DNA of 64,000 nucleotides from Eledone cirrhosa (taxonomy: Eukaryota): the NCBI GenBank assembly GCA_964016885.1, contig OZ024757.1:31682001-31746000 (forward strand), given 5' to 3'. Both the position numbers and the translations under genes were made by a program. A model generated the notes under the pieces. That model was not told where the DNA came from. It did not search any database and saw only the letters and a program-made list of their open reading frames with translations. Shown here one piece after another: positions 30,082 through 45,040 of the stretch; within the stretch, counting starts at the first letter, position 1, and every line of letters begins with the position of its first letter.

Positions 30082-30514
30082 TATACACACACACCTATAC
30101 ACAGACACACACACACACACACACGTATATACAGACATACACACACACATGTATATACAGACATACACACACACACATATACATACACACTCATACAGGT
30201 ATAAGCCCCTCTATTGATTGGTTGTATTAGTGACAGATTCTTGGTCTATTTTCCTATTTTTAAATATCTGCCCGCAAAACATTCTACAGAAAAATAATAA
30301 TATTCAGTTCAGCAAGTACACCAAGATACTCACACACCCACTGTATATACACACTCACATAATATACATACATACACACACACACACACACATATATATA
30401 CACATACACACAAGCATATATATATATATATACATATATATATATCCAGACATGCACACATATATAAACTCATATATATATATATATATATATATATTCA
30501 TACACACATGCTCA

Positions 30515-30550
<36 letters not shown>

Positions 30551-30594
30551 AATTTATTGTAACAGGAAGCAATCGCAGACATTGTAATATAAAT

Positions 30595-30625
<31 letters not shown>

Positions 30626-30628
30626 AAA

Positions 30629-30669
<41 letters not shown>

Positions 30670-30711
30670 TTTATATTATACATACAAATATAGTGTAATA
30701 GGAGGCACTGT

Positions 30712-30780
<69 letters not shown>

Positions 30781-31167
30781 CACACACACACACACACATA
30801 TACATACACATATATATATATATATAAATATATATATACATATATATATATATTATACATAAAAATATGTAATACAAGGCAATAACATAGACAATGGAAA
30901 CATATTCTGTAGACACACAACAAGTACATATTGATATTACAATTGTAAAGTATTGTGTCTACAACCTTTCACGCCATTTTCTCTACAGTTTACCGTCGCC
31001 ATTTTCTTTTCCCCGTTCGTTGAAAATATTTCTGTATGCATTGAATATTTTTTTTATTTGTTAAAAGTATTTCTTTCTTATTTTCTTTTGTCTGTTATTT
31101 TCACTCGTTGACACTCCTTTCTTTCTGACTGATTCTCAACATTTCCTTCCTTGTTATGCATCTTTGC

Positions 31168-31250
<83 letters not shown>

Positions 31251-31462
31251 CGCTCTCACATACACACACAACTATTCTCTCTCATGCACACACACACACC
31301 TGTGCGCATATTATCACCTCACATACATACACTCACACACACACATGTATATATACGTGTGTGTATGTTTATATATATATATATATGTGTGTGTGTGTAT
31401 ATGTCTGTGTATATGTGTGTATATATATGTTTGTGTGTATATGTGTATATATATGGTGTGTG

Positions 31463-31493
<31 letters not shown>

Positions 31494-31528
31494 TTATATA
31501 TATATGTGTGTGTGTGTGTGTATATGTG

Positions 31529-31599
<71 letters not shown>

Positions 31600-31659
31600 G
31601 TAAACGACACATTACATTGAAGAAATATGTTAGTATTACGCTAAATATAGTAGGAAAAG

Positions 31660-31699
31660 TATATTAACGTTTCGGACGCTTGTCGTTCATCAGAAAATA
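31660..31699 (-). ncRNA. Minimal hammerhead ribozyme (family H)
   Basis: reverse complement reads tatttt CTGATGA ac-gac-aagc-gtc-c GAAA CG TT aatata; AACGTT palindrome; one stem I mismatch. Confidence 0.6.
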
Positions 31700-31871
31700 G
31701 AATAACAAATAAAAGTAGAGTCATAATAGAATAGTAGAGTGAGAGTAAAATTGGCATATATATATATATATATTGTAGTTGTTAGCATGCGTCCATAGGC
31801 GGTATGCCGGTTATTGTTTCGATGCATCACTGATTTTTCTTCGTTTTCCATATTATATATATATACAAACG

Positions 31872-31917
<46 letters not shown>

Positions 31918-31948
31918 CACACACCCACACACACAGAAACACACACAT

Positions 31949-31995
<47 letters not shown>

Positions 31996-32012
31996 CCACA
32001 CACACAGAAAAT

Positions 32013-32168
<156 letters not shown>

Positions 32169-32566
32169 CCACACACACAGAAAATGCACACATACACATA
32201 CACACACATATAAATATATATATATATATATATATATCTATATATATATATATATATATAAAAATGAAAAGTATAGAAATTATTGTAGCAAGAAGCCAAC
32301 AGTATTCCATAATATATAAGTGACTATAGCGTCAAAATGGGAAAATAGTTAACGTAAGATGTGGGAAAAATAATTCAAACTCAATTCAAAAAGAATCAGG
32401 ATATAGATTCATCCAACAGAATTGAGTGAAATCCAGGGAAAAATCAATAGAGCCTTAACTCATGATAAAATAAAGTTTAAAATACTCATCCTTCAATTTG
32501 GAACAACTACAAATGCTCTGTATAGTCTTGAAAAGACTATTTCACGAATATATATATATATATATA

Positions 32567-33024
32567 CGATATTAAATAAATGGAAACTATATTTATAAAA
32601 CCATATCTATTTCATTATATATATTTCAGGGATATCATATTAACAATATGCTATGCCTTCCTCAGACAAAATACAATATAGACAGTTTTATAGATAAATA
32701 GATTTGACATACCGTTCAACATCGACTTGTATTTGAAAAGTTGATTTGACTGCCAAATCAACTTTTCAAATACAAGTCGATGTTGAACGGTATGTCAAAT
32801 CTATTTATCTATAAAACTGTCTATATTGTATTTTGTCTGAGGAAGGCATAGCATATTGTTAATATGAAATCCCTGAAATATATATAATGAAATAGATATG
32901 GTTTTATAAATATAGTTTCCATTTATTTAATATCGTAAATATACTCCAAATACTTGTTGAGTGCTTTTATATCAGTTATAAATATTTACTAGTTGTAACC
33001 CAACAATTTAAATATAACTTTCCA
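32567..33024. mobile_element. Fold-back HHR element, family B (HHR - at 32608-32673, + at 32829-32894)
   Basis: near-perfect ~180-bp inverted arms centred near 32750 plus a unique 3' tail shared with 21120-21207; CTGAGGA...GAAA TATATA TA. Confidence 0.9.
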
Positions 33025-33029
33025 TATAT

Positions 33030-33088
<59 letters not shown>

Positions 33089-33197
33089 TTTTGCTTAATA
33101 AATCCCGGGCAGTCTTTTTATTTATTTTTACGTTGCTCTGTAGTTTTGAGATACGGACACTACCATTACTCAGTGAAAAATGACTAAATGTTCATGG

Positions 33198-33257
33198 ACC
33201 GGAACCGGAAGTTGATGATTGGGTTTGTTTATTTCATTTCGTCCGCCATATTTGCAT
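33198..33257. promoter_or_regulatory. Candidate promoter motif cluster (ETS, CCAAT, YY1, octamer)
   Basis: CCGGAAGT 33205-12, ATTGG 33218-22, CCGCCATATT 33243-52, ATTTGCAT 33250-57. Confidence 0.35.
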
Positions 33258-33488
33258 GCTTCTGTCACTTGTACACTGGTCGGCTGTCATATTGTGTGTG
33301 TTCAGATGGATGTAGGTCAAGTTTAGAGATTGTGTTTCGCCTATATTGTCACCAATCTAATGTATGTAACTATGTATGCATGTAAATACCTGCGTGTATG
33401 CATCTATGCACACATGCACGCATATATATATATATGCACACACACATGCACGTATATATATATATATATATGCACACACACATGCACG

Positions 33489-33532
<44 letters not shown>

Positions 33533-33619
33533 TGCACGTATATACATATATATATATGCACACACACATGCACGTATATATATATATATATATATGCACA
33601 CACACATGCACGTATATAC

Positions 33620-33650
<31 letters not shown>

Positions 33651-33656
33651 TGCACG

Positions 33657-33688
<32 letters not shown>

Positions 33689-33727
33689 TGCACGTATATA
33701 CATATATATATGCACACACACATGCAC

Positions 33728-33807
<80 letters not shown>

Positions 33808-33821
33808 GTGCCTGTGTGTGT

Positions 33822-33867
<46 letters not shown>

Positions 33868-33875
33868 AAGAGAAT

Positions 33876-34090
33876 TGTGGTTAGAGTGGTAACAGAATTG
33901 GATTCGCAATCGTGAGGTTGTGAGTTCGATTCCTGGACCGGGCGATACGTTGTGTCCTTGGGCAAGACACTTTATTTCACGTTGCTCCTTCTACCTGGAG
34001 TTGCGACCGATAGAAAATATTAGCAATTAGAAAGACCAACGGAAACATTGTTTCCTCGGTCCGATTTGTCGAAAGTCGATCGACTGTCGA
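33876..34090 (+). mobile_element. tRNA-derived SINE with CORE-like segment
   Basis: tggttagagtgg, gagttcgattcc, gtgtccttgggcaagacac; its 3' part recurs at 25493-25585. Confidence 0.75.
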
Positions 34091-34532
34091 TATATATATA
34101 TAGTTGAGCAAATGAATAAAACACAACGTTGACTTAATACCAACGATCTTCGTTACGTTTATATTATATATATATATATATATATAAAATATTAAAAAAA
34201 GACGGCATATGTATGTGTTGGTATGTATATTCTATTTGATAGTTTGTATAATTTTGTATAATTTTGTACATAGATCTTTTGAATATGCATGCCAATTCTA
34301 ACACATATATGTCCTAGAAACGATCGTTAAATAATGAACTTTTTTTGTTTAATATAAGGAACCGTTTCATTGTTTTATTCATTATTTTTTTAATATTCTA
34401 TCTTGACTCTGTATTCCGTTTATCTTTCACCGAAAGTGATTTTTGAATGCATCTCTTCTTTCCATGATATCCGGATTACATTGAGTTCTTCATACGGATT
34501 GGACACTACCGTAAACTTTTGGTAGATTTATC

Positions 34533-34586
<54 letters not shown>

Positions 34587-34590
<4 letters not shown>

Positions 34591-35131
34591 TACTTTGGGA
34601 GGGTCATGTTGCCAATAAGAAACACACACACCAGTTGCTTTCACTTCAATTTATTATATATTTATAAATTTACAAACCTATAAATTTTTGGTTGGTTGGT
34701 TGGTTCCACAACCAGATAGTTGTTTATGTATAGTCATAGTCCTTTCGTCACACACTCTGTGACCTCTTCAGTGACTGGGGATTCCTTTCTTCTGTCCTAC
34801 GCCATTTTGTTTCAGAAACAAAATGGCGTAGGACAGAAGAAAGGAAAGGCACAGAAACAAAGAAAGGAATCCCCAGTCACTGAAGAGGTCACAGAGTGTG
34901 TGACGAAAGGACTATGACTATATATAAACAACTATCTGGTTGTGGAACCAACCAACCAACCAGAAATTTATAAGTTTGTAGATTTGTAAATTTATAAATT
35001 TATAAATATATAATAAATTGAAGTGAAAGCAACTGGTGCGTGTGTTTCTTATTGGCAACATGACCCTCCCAAAGTATAACAATATCGGTTTCAACACACG
35101 ATTAGAATCTTGCCAAACAAATTCAGAAACG

Positions 35132-35132
<1 letters not shown>
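34587..35132. mobile_element. Fold-back HHR element, family D (HHR - at 34732-34776, + at 34875-34919)
   Basis: ~230-bp inverted arms; agtca CTGAAGA g-gtcac-agagtgt-gtgac GAAA ggac TA tgact. Confidence 0.85.
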
Positions 35133-35163
<31 letters not shown>

Positions 35164-35670
35164 ATGTTCAAGATCAAGGCAGAGCTCAAACCGTTTCGAC
35201 GGCTATTTCTGGACTAAATTAGAATTTAGGTCAGAAATAGCCGTCGAAACGGCTCGAGCTCTGCCGTCGGGGTCATACATTTTCCTATATATATATATAT
35301 ATATTTCCCATATGATATCTTTATTGACAAACGTATAGGTTTCTTGTACAGTTTGTAGTATGTATTAAAACTCTTACAGAGTGAAACCAGCCATACATTT
35401 GTCAATAAAGCTATAAATAAATTTAATTTACTGTATTATAAAAAAATATTGTTTGTTTTCCTCTTCTTTTCATATTGTTCGGGACGTCTAGTGTTCTAAG
35501 GATCCTTGTATCCTTGTGTGTGTGTGTGTGTGTGTGTATATATTGGGTCGTCAAGTATGATGAAATTTGTAGAAATTTGTAGGAAAAAGAAACGACTCAA
35601 TATATAGATGTGTATATACATGTGTATATACATGTATGTATATAGATATATGTATGTATATAGATATATG

Positions 35671-35737
<67 letters not shown>

Positions 35738-36558
35738 CGAGAGAGAGGGAGAGAGAGATATGTATTCATAAACCTTGTGTCTGCATAGAAATAACATTCA
35801 TCCCTTCTCTTGCACATCTCCTTTATCAATTCCTCTCCCCCTCTCTCTTCCTCGCCCCTCTCCTCTCTCCTCATCCCTCTCTCTCTCCCCACCACTCTCT
35901 CTCCCTACCCCTCTCTCTCCCTACCCTTCTCTCTCCCTCCCGCCACCTCTCTCTCTCTCTCTCACGAATATTTATATATATAATCAATTATCGTAGAAAG
36001 TAACAATTTACTTGTCACCCCCTTAAGGACACTCCATTTTTACTACTACTACTACTACTACTACCACTACCACCACCACCACCACCACCACTTCTACGAA
36101 ATTATATTAACAGTTCAGACCTATTGCCCTACCTCTTGAGAATAATAAAAATACTATTTATTTACAGTTTTACGTTCTAAAAATGTATTCAATTTCTTTT
36201 TTTTTTTTTTTCCGATATTTTTTTCATTTTCGGTGTGAATGATAAATAAAGCAAAAAATACAACAAAAACAAACTAATAAAAAATTCAAATAAATATAAA
36301 AGCATAATATATTGTTAAATAAAACTATATAAATAGAATATATATATTTATAGTAATATATATATATATATATATAGTAATTCGTGTTAAAAAAATATAT
36401 ATATTGATTTATTTATAGTAATTCATGTTAAAATAATATATTCTAAAATGAATATTGCAAAATAATGTAAACTATAGCAATAGGAGTTAATAAACTACAG
36501 TAAAGAATGTAAAAGCATAAAAATATTCTACACACCATATATATATATACACACACAC

Positions 36559-36609
<51 letters not shown>

Positions 36610-36720
36610 GATATATATATATATACATACACATATATACATATTTATATATACACACACACAGTACCCCTATCACAGCTTTCGTTTATCGACATTTCAT
36701 CGCCACAAAAAGCGCACACA

Positions 36721-36750
<30 letters not shown>

Positions 36751-36751
<1 letters not shown>

Positions 36752-36900
36752 TTGGAAGAGGAAGACCAAGGTTAACCTAAGTTGATGCCCTAAGGACAGA
36801 CACTGGTCTGTTGAAGACACTGGACATGGCAGCGATATAATGAGGGACAGAGACCGCTGGAGAGAACTCGTCATGGATCTCGGGAATTTTACCCCGCCCC
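36751..36900 (+). mobile_element. RTE-like LINE 3' fragment
   Basis: homologous to the reverse complement of 15523-15670. Confidence 0.8.
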
Positions 36901-37000
36901 TAGATATATATATATATAAAGGGTAGAACACTGGAAGGTAACATCCGCAGTGGCAGAGCACTCAGTCCCATGGGACGAGTTTGGTAGAAGTGTAATAACA

Positions 37001-37107
37001 CAACAGTTAGTTCACCATACCGAGAACAATTGTTTCACGTTTTGCGTCCGAGCTGAAGATCTGCACAAGGTGAAACAATTGTTCTCGGTATGGTGAACTA
37101 ACTGTTG
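37001..37107 (+). mobile_element. Mini fold-back element with HHR at 37048-37088 (family G)
   Basis: ~37-bp inverted arms; ccgag CTGAAGA tctgcacaaggt GAAA CAATTG TT ctcgg. Confidence 0.75.
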
Positions 37108-37112
37108 TTACT

Positions 37113-37240
<128 letters not shown>

Positions 37241-37322
37241 ATATAGGGCGGGTCGTCAAGTATGAAATTTGTAGAAAGCTGCTCTTATTTTACAAATATC
37301 CACAAATTTCATACTTGACGCC

Positions 37323-37382
<60 letters not shown>

Positions 37383-37554
37383 TATATAATATATATATAT
37401 ATATAGAGAGAGAGAAAGCTGTTTGTGTGGTGACTAAACACACTAAATTCACATTGTTGCACACAAACACCCCTCTATATATGTGTGTGCTTGAATATAA
37501 GTGTGTAAGTGTGTGTGTGTGTGCTTGAATATAAGTGTGCATATGTATGCGTGT

Positions 37555-38120
37555 GTGTGTCAGTATTTATATACGTGTTTATCAATGTGCGTGTCAGTAT
37601 GTATATACGTGTTTATCAATGTGTGTGTCAGTATGTATATACGTGTTTATCAATGTGTGTGTCAGTATGTATATACGTGTTTATCAATGTGTGTGTCAGT
37701 ATGTATATACGAGTGTGTCAGTATGTATATACGTGTTTATCAATGTGTGTGTCAGTATGTATATACGAGTGTGTCAGTATGTATATACGTGTTTATCAAT
37801 GTGTGTGTCAGTATGTATATACGTGAGTGTCAGTATGTATATACGTGTTTATCAATGTGTGTGTCAGTATGTATATACGAGTGTGTCAGTATGTATATAC
37901 GTGTTTATCAATGTGTGTGTCAGTATGTATATACGAGTGTGTCAGTATGTATATACGTGTTTATCAATGTGTGTGTCAGTATGTATATACGTGAGTGTCA
38001 GTATGTATATACGAGTGTATCAATGTGTGTGTCAGTATGTATATACGTGAGTGTCAGTATGTATATACGAGTGTATCAATGTGTGTGTCAGTATGTATAT
38101 ACATGTTTATCAATGTGTGT
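37555..38120. repeat. Minisatellite gtcagtatgtatatacgtgtttatcaatgtgtgt with short variants
   Basis: about 19 tandem units of 34 bp and 22 bp. Confidence 0.9.
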
Positions 38121-38705
38121 GTATACATTCGCATCAAACATTTAAGATCGATGGCAAGAAACTGAACACAACTTCTTCAATCTCGATTAAAAAAAAGTAC
38201 ATATATATTTTTTCCACCTTTCAATTGAAACGATTGAAATAATATATTAATTAGTATCGATTACCCTATCAAAAAGAAACCTAAAAATTAGTTCCTAAAT
38301 CAAAGTGTCTTGTTATGAGTTTCTATGGTTACGTAATTTATTTTTCAGCTTGACATTTTCCCGTGTTTTCAGCCTGTTTTTCGTTTTTTTTTCTTGTTAT
38401 TTCGAACCTTGCGCTCCTGTTTTTCTTTTTCCTACGTTTTATTCTTTTATTCGTTAATGTCCTTTGACACCAGCCAAGCTGGAGCACCACAGAGGATTTC
38501 AGTTGATCGTATTGACCCCAGTATTATATAATATATTTTACTAAATTCTGTGGATGAATTTATATCCTGATTCTCTTTTGAGATGAGTTTGAGTTATTTT
38601 TCCTAAATCTTTCGTTAACTACTTTTCCCATCTTGACGTTATAGTCGCATATATGTTATAGAATGCCGTTAGCTTCTTGCTAAAACAATCTCTATACCTC
38701 TCATT

Positions 38706-38737
<32 letters not shown>

Positions 38738-38762
38738 ATATTATATATATATATATATAATA

Positions 38763-39060
38763 TATAAGATCAAAAGATGGTTAAATGAGTTCCATGTATT
38801 TTATTATGCGCATTTCAAAAACAAATATCATCATGCAATAACATTTGTGTTTTCATCAATAACATTTGTGTTTTCATGCAATAACATTTGTGTTATTGCA
38901 TGATGATATTTGTTTTTGAAATGCGCATAATAAAATACATGGAACTCATTTAACCATCTTTTGATCTTATATATTATGTATACTCCAGTCCTATAATCTG
39001 TAGAGTGCTTCTTATCCGATATCTGCATTGCTTTATTGTACTACAATAAAACTCACCTCC

Positions 39061-39064
<4 letters not shown>
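38763..39064. mobile_element. Fold-back element, family A, with HHR core lost at the inversion junction
   Basis: inverted arms retain GAAATGCGCATA but the CTGANGA box is truncated. Confidence 0.8.
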
Positions 39065-39141
<77 letters not shown>

Positions 39142-39599
39142 ATACATATGTACACATGTGTATATATATAAATGTATGTATACATGTATATATATATATA
39201 TATGTATATAAATATATATACATATCTATATAAATATATATACATATGTATATATATATGTATATATATATATATATATATACATGTATATATATATATG
39301 TATGAATATGAATATATATACATATGTATATATATATATATATATACATGTATATATATATATGTATGAATATGAATATATATACATATGTATATATATA
39401 TATATATATACATGTATATATATATATGTATGAATATGAATATATATACATATGTATATATATATATATATATACATGTATATATATATGTATCTATATG
39501 AATATATATACATATGTACAGTGTTTCGTCATTAAGTATATTAATAATTCAACAGGTGGATACACGAGGTGTACATCCTACCGTAGAAATGTACCTATT

Positions 39600-39689
<90 letters not shown>

Positions 39690-39929
39690 AACTATTGCGT
39701 CGTCAAGTATGGAATTTGTAGAAATTTTGTGTTTTTTTCAACAAATTTCTACAAATTTCATATTTGATGACCCAATATATACACCACATCCCAGTGAAAG
39801 ACAAGAAAAACAACAAAGTTTAAAGATATTTAGTTTCTTTTGCTTTGGCTGCATGCCCATATATGGACTGTACCCCTTGATAAGTTCAGGTAGATTCCCG
39901 CCGTTCTAATACTGGTGGCCTAGTTCGGA

Positions 39930-39968
<39 letters not shown>

Positions 39969-39983
39969 TATATATATATATAT

Positions 39984-40436
39984 ATATTAATAAGAGGAAT
40001 TCCAGCTTTGTCTGATTTACTCGTTTTATTTACAATCCTTTAAAATATATATAATGGTATTATAATGAAATAGTATGATAGAATATTAAATTCTAAGTGT
40101 TAATTGAACAAGTACTTTCATGCTTTCGCAATCTTCAGGTTCATAATATGTGGTGACAGTCGCATAATATATGGTGACAGTTTGCAATTTTCAACAGTTG
40201 AAAATTGCAAACTCGACTGTCACCACATATTATGAACCTGAAGATTGCGAAAGCATGAAAGTACTTGTTCAATTAACACTTAGAATTTAATATTCTATCA
40301 TACTATTTCATTATAATACCATTATATACTTTAAAGGATTGTAAATAAAACGAGTAAATCAGACAAAGTTGGAATTCCTCTTATTAATATAATCTTCTAT
40401 ACACAATCATACACACCCGTGTATATTTACCTATCT
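39984..40436. mobile_element. Fold-back HHR element, family F (HHR - at 40105-40143, + at 40233-40271)
   Basis: ~180-bp arms; tgaac CTGAAGA t-tgc-gaaa-gca-t GAAA GTAC TT gttca. Confidence 0.9.
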
Positions 40437-40453
40437 ATATATATATATATATA

Positions 40454-40808
40454 TGTAGGAGGTGAGTTTTATTGTAGTACAATAAAGCAATGCAGATATC
40501 GGATAAGAAGCACTCTACAGTTTGTAGGACTGGAGTATGCATAATATAAGATCAAAAGATGGTTAAAGGAGTTCCATGTATTTTATTATGCGCATTTCAA
40601 AAACAAACATCATCATGCAATAATATTTGTGTTTTCATCAGATAAAACATGTTGATTTAAAACTGCACTATCCACAAATGTTTTTTAGCCTTCATATCAT
40701 GTTCTCCTGTTTTATCTGATGAAAACACAAATATTATTGCATGATGATGTTTGTTTTTGAAATGCGCATAATAAAATACATGCAACTCCTTTAACCATCT
40801 TTTGATCT

Positions 40809-40812
<4 letters not shown>
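40454..40812. mobile_element. Fold-back HHR element, family A (HHR - at 40577-40649, + at 40708-40780)
   Basis: CTGATGA...GAAA TGCGCA TA on both strands. Confidence 0.9.
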
Positions 40813-40870
<58 letters not shown>

Positions 40871-41044
40871 AAGATGCAAGGACGAATGGTTACTCATTCA
40901 TTACGTTTATTGGTTGGTGACGCAAATTAAATAGAAAAAAACTAAGTCAGAATCAAATCTCTGGATTAGAGTTTTAAAATACCAACCTTATAACTATATT
41001 TTGCTGATACGAATCTCGCTTCGATTCACCACTTATATGTGAAG

Positions 41045-41095
<51 letters not shown>

Positions 41096-41152
41096 TTGTA
41101 AGGTTTTGGGTATGAAATCGTGTGTCGAAACAAATATTGTTATACTTGATAG

Positions 41153-41227
<75 letters not shown>

Positions 41228-41312
41228 CCCACCACCACCCCACTCTCCAGAGCGTGAAATTAATAAACATTCGTTGTACTGCCTCTCTGTTTTGTTCCTG
41301 TTCAAATTTTCC

Positions 41313-41382
<70 letters not shown>

Positions 41383-41483
41383 TAAAAAAATAATGAATAA
41401 AACAATGAAACAGTTCCTTATATTAAACAAAAAAAGTTCATTATTAAACGATCGTTTCTAGGACATATATGGGTAGATTTATC

Positions 41484-41514
<31 letters not shown>

Positions 41515-41515
41515 T

Positions 41516-42077
41516 TCGTTTCTGAATTTGTTTAGCAAGATTCTTTATCTGAAATCGTGTGTTGAAGCCGATATTGTTATACTTTGGGAGGGTCATGTTG
41601 CCAATAAGAAACACACGCACCAGTTGCTTTCACTTCAATTTATTATAATAAATTTATAATAAATTTATAAATTTATAAATTTCTGGTTGGTTGGTTGGTT
41701 CCACAACCAGATAGTTGTTTATATATTATCATAGTTCTTTGTTCACACACTCTGTGACCTCTTCAGTGACTGGGGATTCCTTTCTGTGCCTCTCCTTTGT
41801 TCTGTCCTACGCCATTTTGTTTCTGTGTGTGTCACAGAAACAAAATGGCGTAGGACAGAACAAAGGAGAGGCACAGAAACAAAGAAAGGAATCCCCAGTC
41901 ACTGAAGAGGTCACAGAGTGTGTGACGAAAGAACTATGACAATATATAAACAACTATCTGGTTGTGGAACCAACCAACCAGCAATTTATAAATTTATTAT
42001 AAATTTATTATAATAAATTGAAGTGAAAGCAACTGGTGCGTGTGTTTCTTATTGGCAACATGACCCTCCCAAAGTAT

Positions 42078-42083
<6 letters not shown>
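41516..42083. mobile_element. Fold-back HHR element, family D (HHR + at 41898-41940; - copy degenerate)
   Basis: homologous to 34587-35132 in mirror configuration. Confidence 0.85.
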
Positions 42084-42119
<36 letters not shown>

Positions 42120-42644
42120 CTGTATTTTTAACCCTTGGTCAATCAATGATAAACATTGCTTGCCAGAAGATTTAACTAAGGAGATATAAAAGATATAGAA
42201 GTGAAAACCAACCCAAACAGTGAGTGTGTTCTGTTGTTATTTCTGGCAATATTATAACAATATGACCCTCCCCAACTATAACAATCTCTCTCTATATCTC
42301 TCTATATATATATGAGAGAGAGAAAGAGAGAGAGAGGGCTGGGTGGGTCAGCTTTCCCTATATATATAAATATATATGTATATGTAATATATACACACAC
42401 GCACACATGCGCACAGAAAGACTGGGAAATATGAACGTCAGTGGCCTGATGAAGATCGTCGCCTTAGTACCAGCATATTGGATTTGTTTTTGTTATTATT
42501 ATTATTATTATTATTATCATTATTACGTTGTAGTGTTTTGATTGATGTCGTCTGTGTATTTTGTATGACATGTCACTAGTAGTTGATTTTTGATTTGAAG
42601 TCAGTTATTTTGATATTGGTGGTAGGAGCATATGTATGTATGTA

Positions 42645-42675
<31 letters not shown>

Positions 42676-42706
42676 ATGTATGTATATATGTGTATATATG
42701 TGTATA

Positions 42707-42737
<31 letters not shown>

Positions 42738-42781
42738 TCACGCAGATGTATACACACACACATATATATATATATATAGAC

Positions 42782-42820
<39 letters not shown>

Positions 42821-42841
42821 CATACATATATATATATAGAC

Positions 42842-42872
<31 letters not shown>

Positions 42873-43899
42873 GACATGTATATACATATGTATATATATA
42901 TATATACATATATATACACACATGTATTTATATAGATATACATATATACACACACATATATATATATAGATACACATATATACATATATATATATATACA
43001 CATACATACATATATACACATACACATATATACACGCACACAGACATATACACACACATATAGTCACACACACATATATGTATGTGATTATATACATATT
43101 ATATATATATATATGCACAGGTAGAAACCTATATAGACTTTATTTACATATGTACACAGCTAAATACTTAAACATAAACATATCGTACTACCTTACTTTC
43201 TCTCTGGTCTTATATAATGATGTTGCGTATATACATACATATATACATACATATGTACATATATATATACATATGATCATACATATATACATACATATAT
43301 ACATATGATCATAGATATATACATACATATGTACATACATATGTACATACATACATACATACGTACATATGTACATACATAGGTATGTATATATGTACTT
43401 ATGTACCTATATATGTACCAATTTATGTATTACGTAATATATGTATGTGTGTATATACGTACGAATATATGTACCTATGTATGAATATGCGTAAGATATG
43501 TATATATATACGTACGTATATATATACACCTATGTATGTATATGTGTACGTATTTATGTATTATGCAATGTATGTATATGTGCATGTATGTACGTACATA
43601 TGTACTACATATGTACGTACATACATGCACATATACATACATTACATAATACATTGCATAATACATAAATACGTACATACATACATACATAGGTGTATAT
43701 ATACATACGTATATATATACATATATTACGCATATTCATACATAGGTACATATATCCCTACGTATATACACGCATACATATATTACGTAATACATAAATG
43801 GGTACATATAGGTACATATAAACGTACATACATACACACATACATACATACGTACATATATATATACATACATAGGTACATATATACATACATACATAT

Positions 43900-44405
43900 A
43901 CACATGCACAATTACATGCATTCATATACATATATGCATGCATGCATATACAAACATTATACTCACTTACATATACATACACATACATACATGCATTCAT
44001 ATACATATATGCATGCATGCATGCGTACATATACAAACATTATACTCACATACATATACATACACATACATACATGCATTCATATACATATATGCATGCA
44101 TGCATGCGTACATATACAAACATTATACTCACATACATATACATACACATACATACATGCATTCATATACATATATGCATGCATACATACATATACAAAC
44201 ATTATACTCACATACATATACATACACATACATACATGCATTCATATACATATATGCATGCATACATACATATACAAACATTATACTCACATACATATAC
44301 ATACACACACATACATGCATTCATATACATATATGCATGCATGCATACATACATATACAAACATTATACTCACATACATATACATACACATACATACATG
44401 CATAT
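43900..44405. repeat. ~78-bp minisatellite with core atacaaacattatactcac
   Basis: 6 copies. Confidence 0.8.
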
Positions 44406-44579
44406 ATAGCGACTGAGTGCGTAGCAGAGAGTAGAGAGAGAAAGAGGGTGGAGAGAGCGAGAGGAGGGTGAGAGAGAGGGAGAGAGAGTAGAGAAGGTAT
44501 GCAGGGTAGATGGTATGTCAGGGTGGAATTGTGAGAAGATATTGGTTATCTGGAACAGCAGATGATGATAACGAAAAAT

Positions 44580-45040
44580 CAAGAAACAACAACAACAACA
44601 ATGATAATAATAATAATAGTAATAATAGTAATGATAATAGTAATGATAATAGTAATGATGATGGTAATAACAACAATGATAAAAGTAATAATAATAATAG
44701 TAGTAGTAATAATAATAATAGTAGTAATAATAATAATAGTAGTAATAATAGTAATAATAATAATAGTAGTAATAATAATAATAATAGTAATAGTAATAAT
44801 AATAGTAGTAATAATAATAGTAATAGTAATAATAATAGTAATAATAATAATAGTAATAATAATAGTAGTAATAATAATAGTAATAATAATAGTAATAGTA
44901 ATAATAATAGTAATAGTAATAATAATAATAGTAATAATAGTAATAGTAATAATAGTAATAATAATAGTAGTAATAATAATGGTAGTAATAATAATAGTAG
45001 TAATAATAATAGTAATAATAATAATAATAGTAGTAATAAT
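44580..45040. repeat. (AAT/AGT)n triplet repeat
   Basis: direct reading. Confidence 0.9.

Noticed and set aside
33876-33945. tRNA gene
   Set aside because: A and B boxes are present but there is no acceptor stem, and the sequence continues into a SINE body
42446-42480. CTGATGA motif
   Set aside because: No stem II, GAAA or stem I partner
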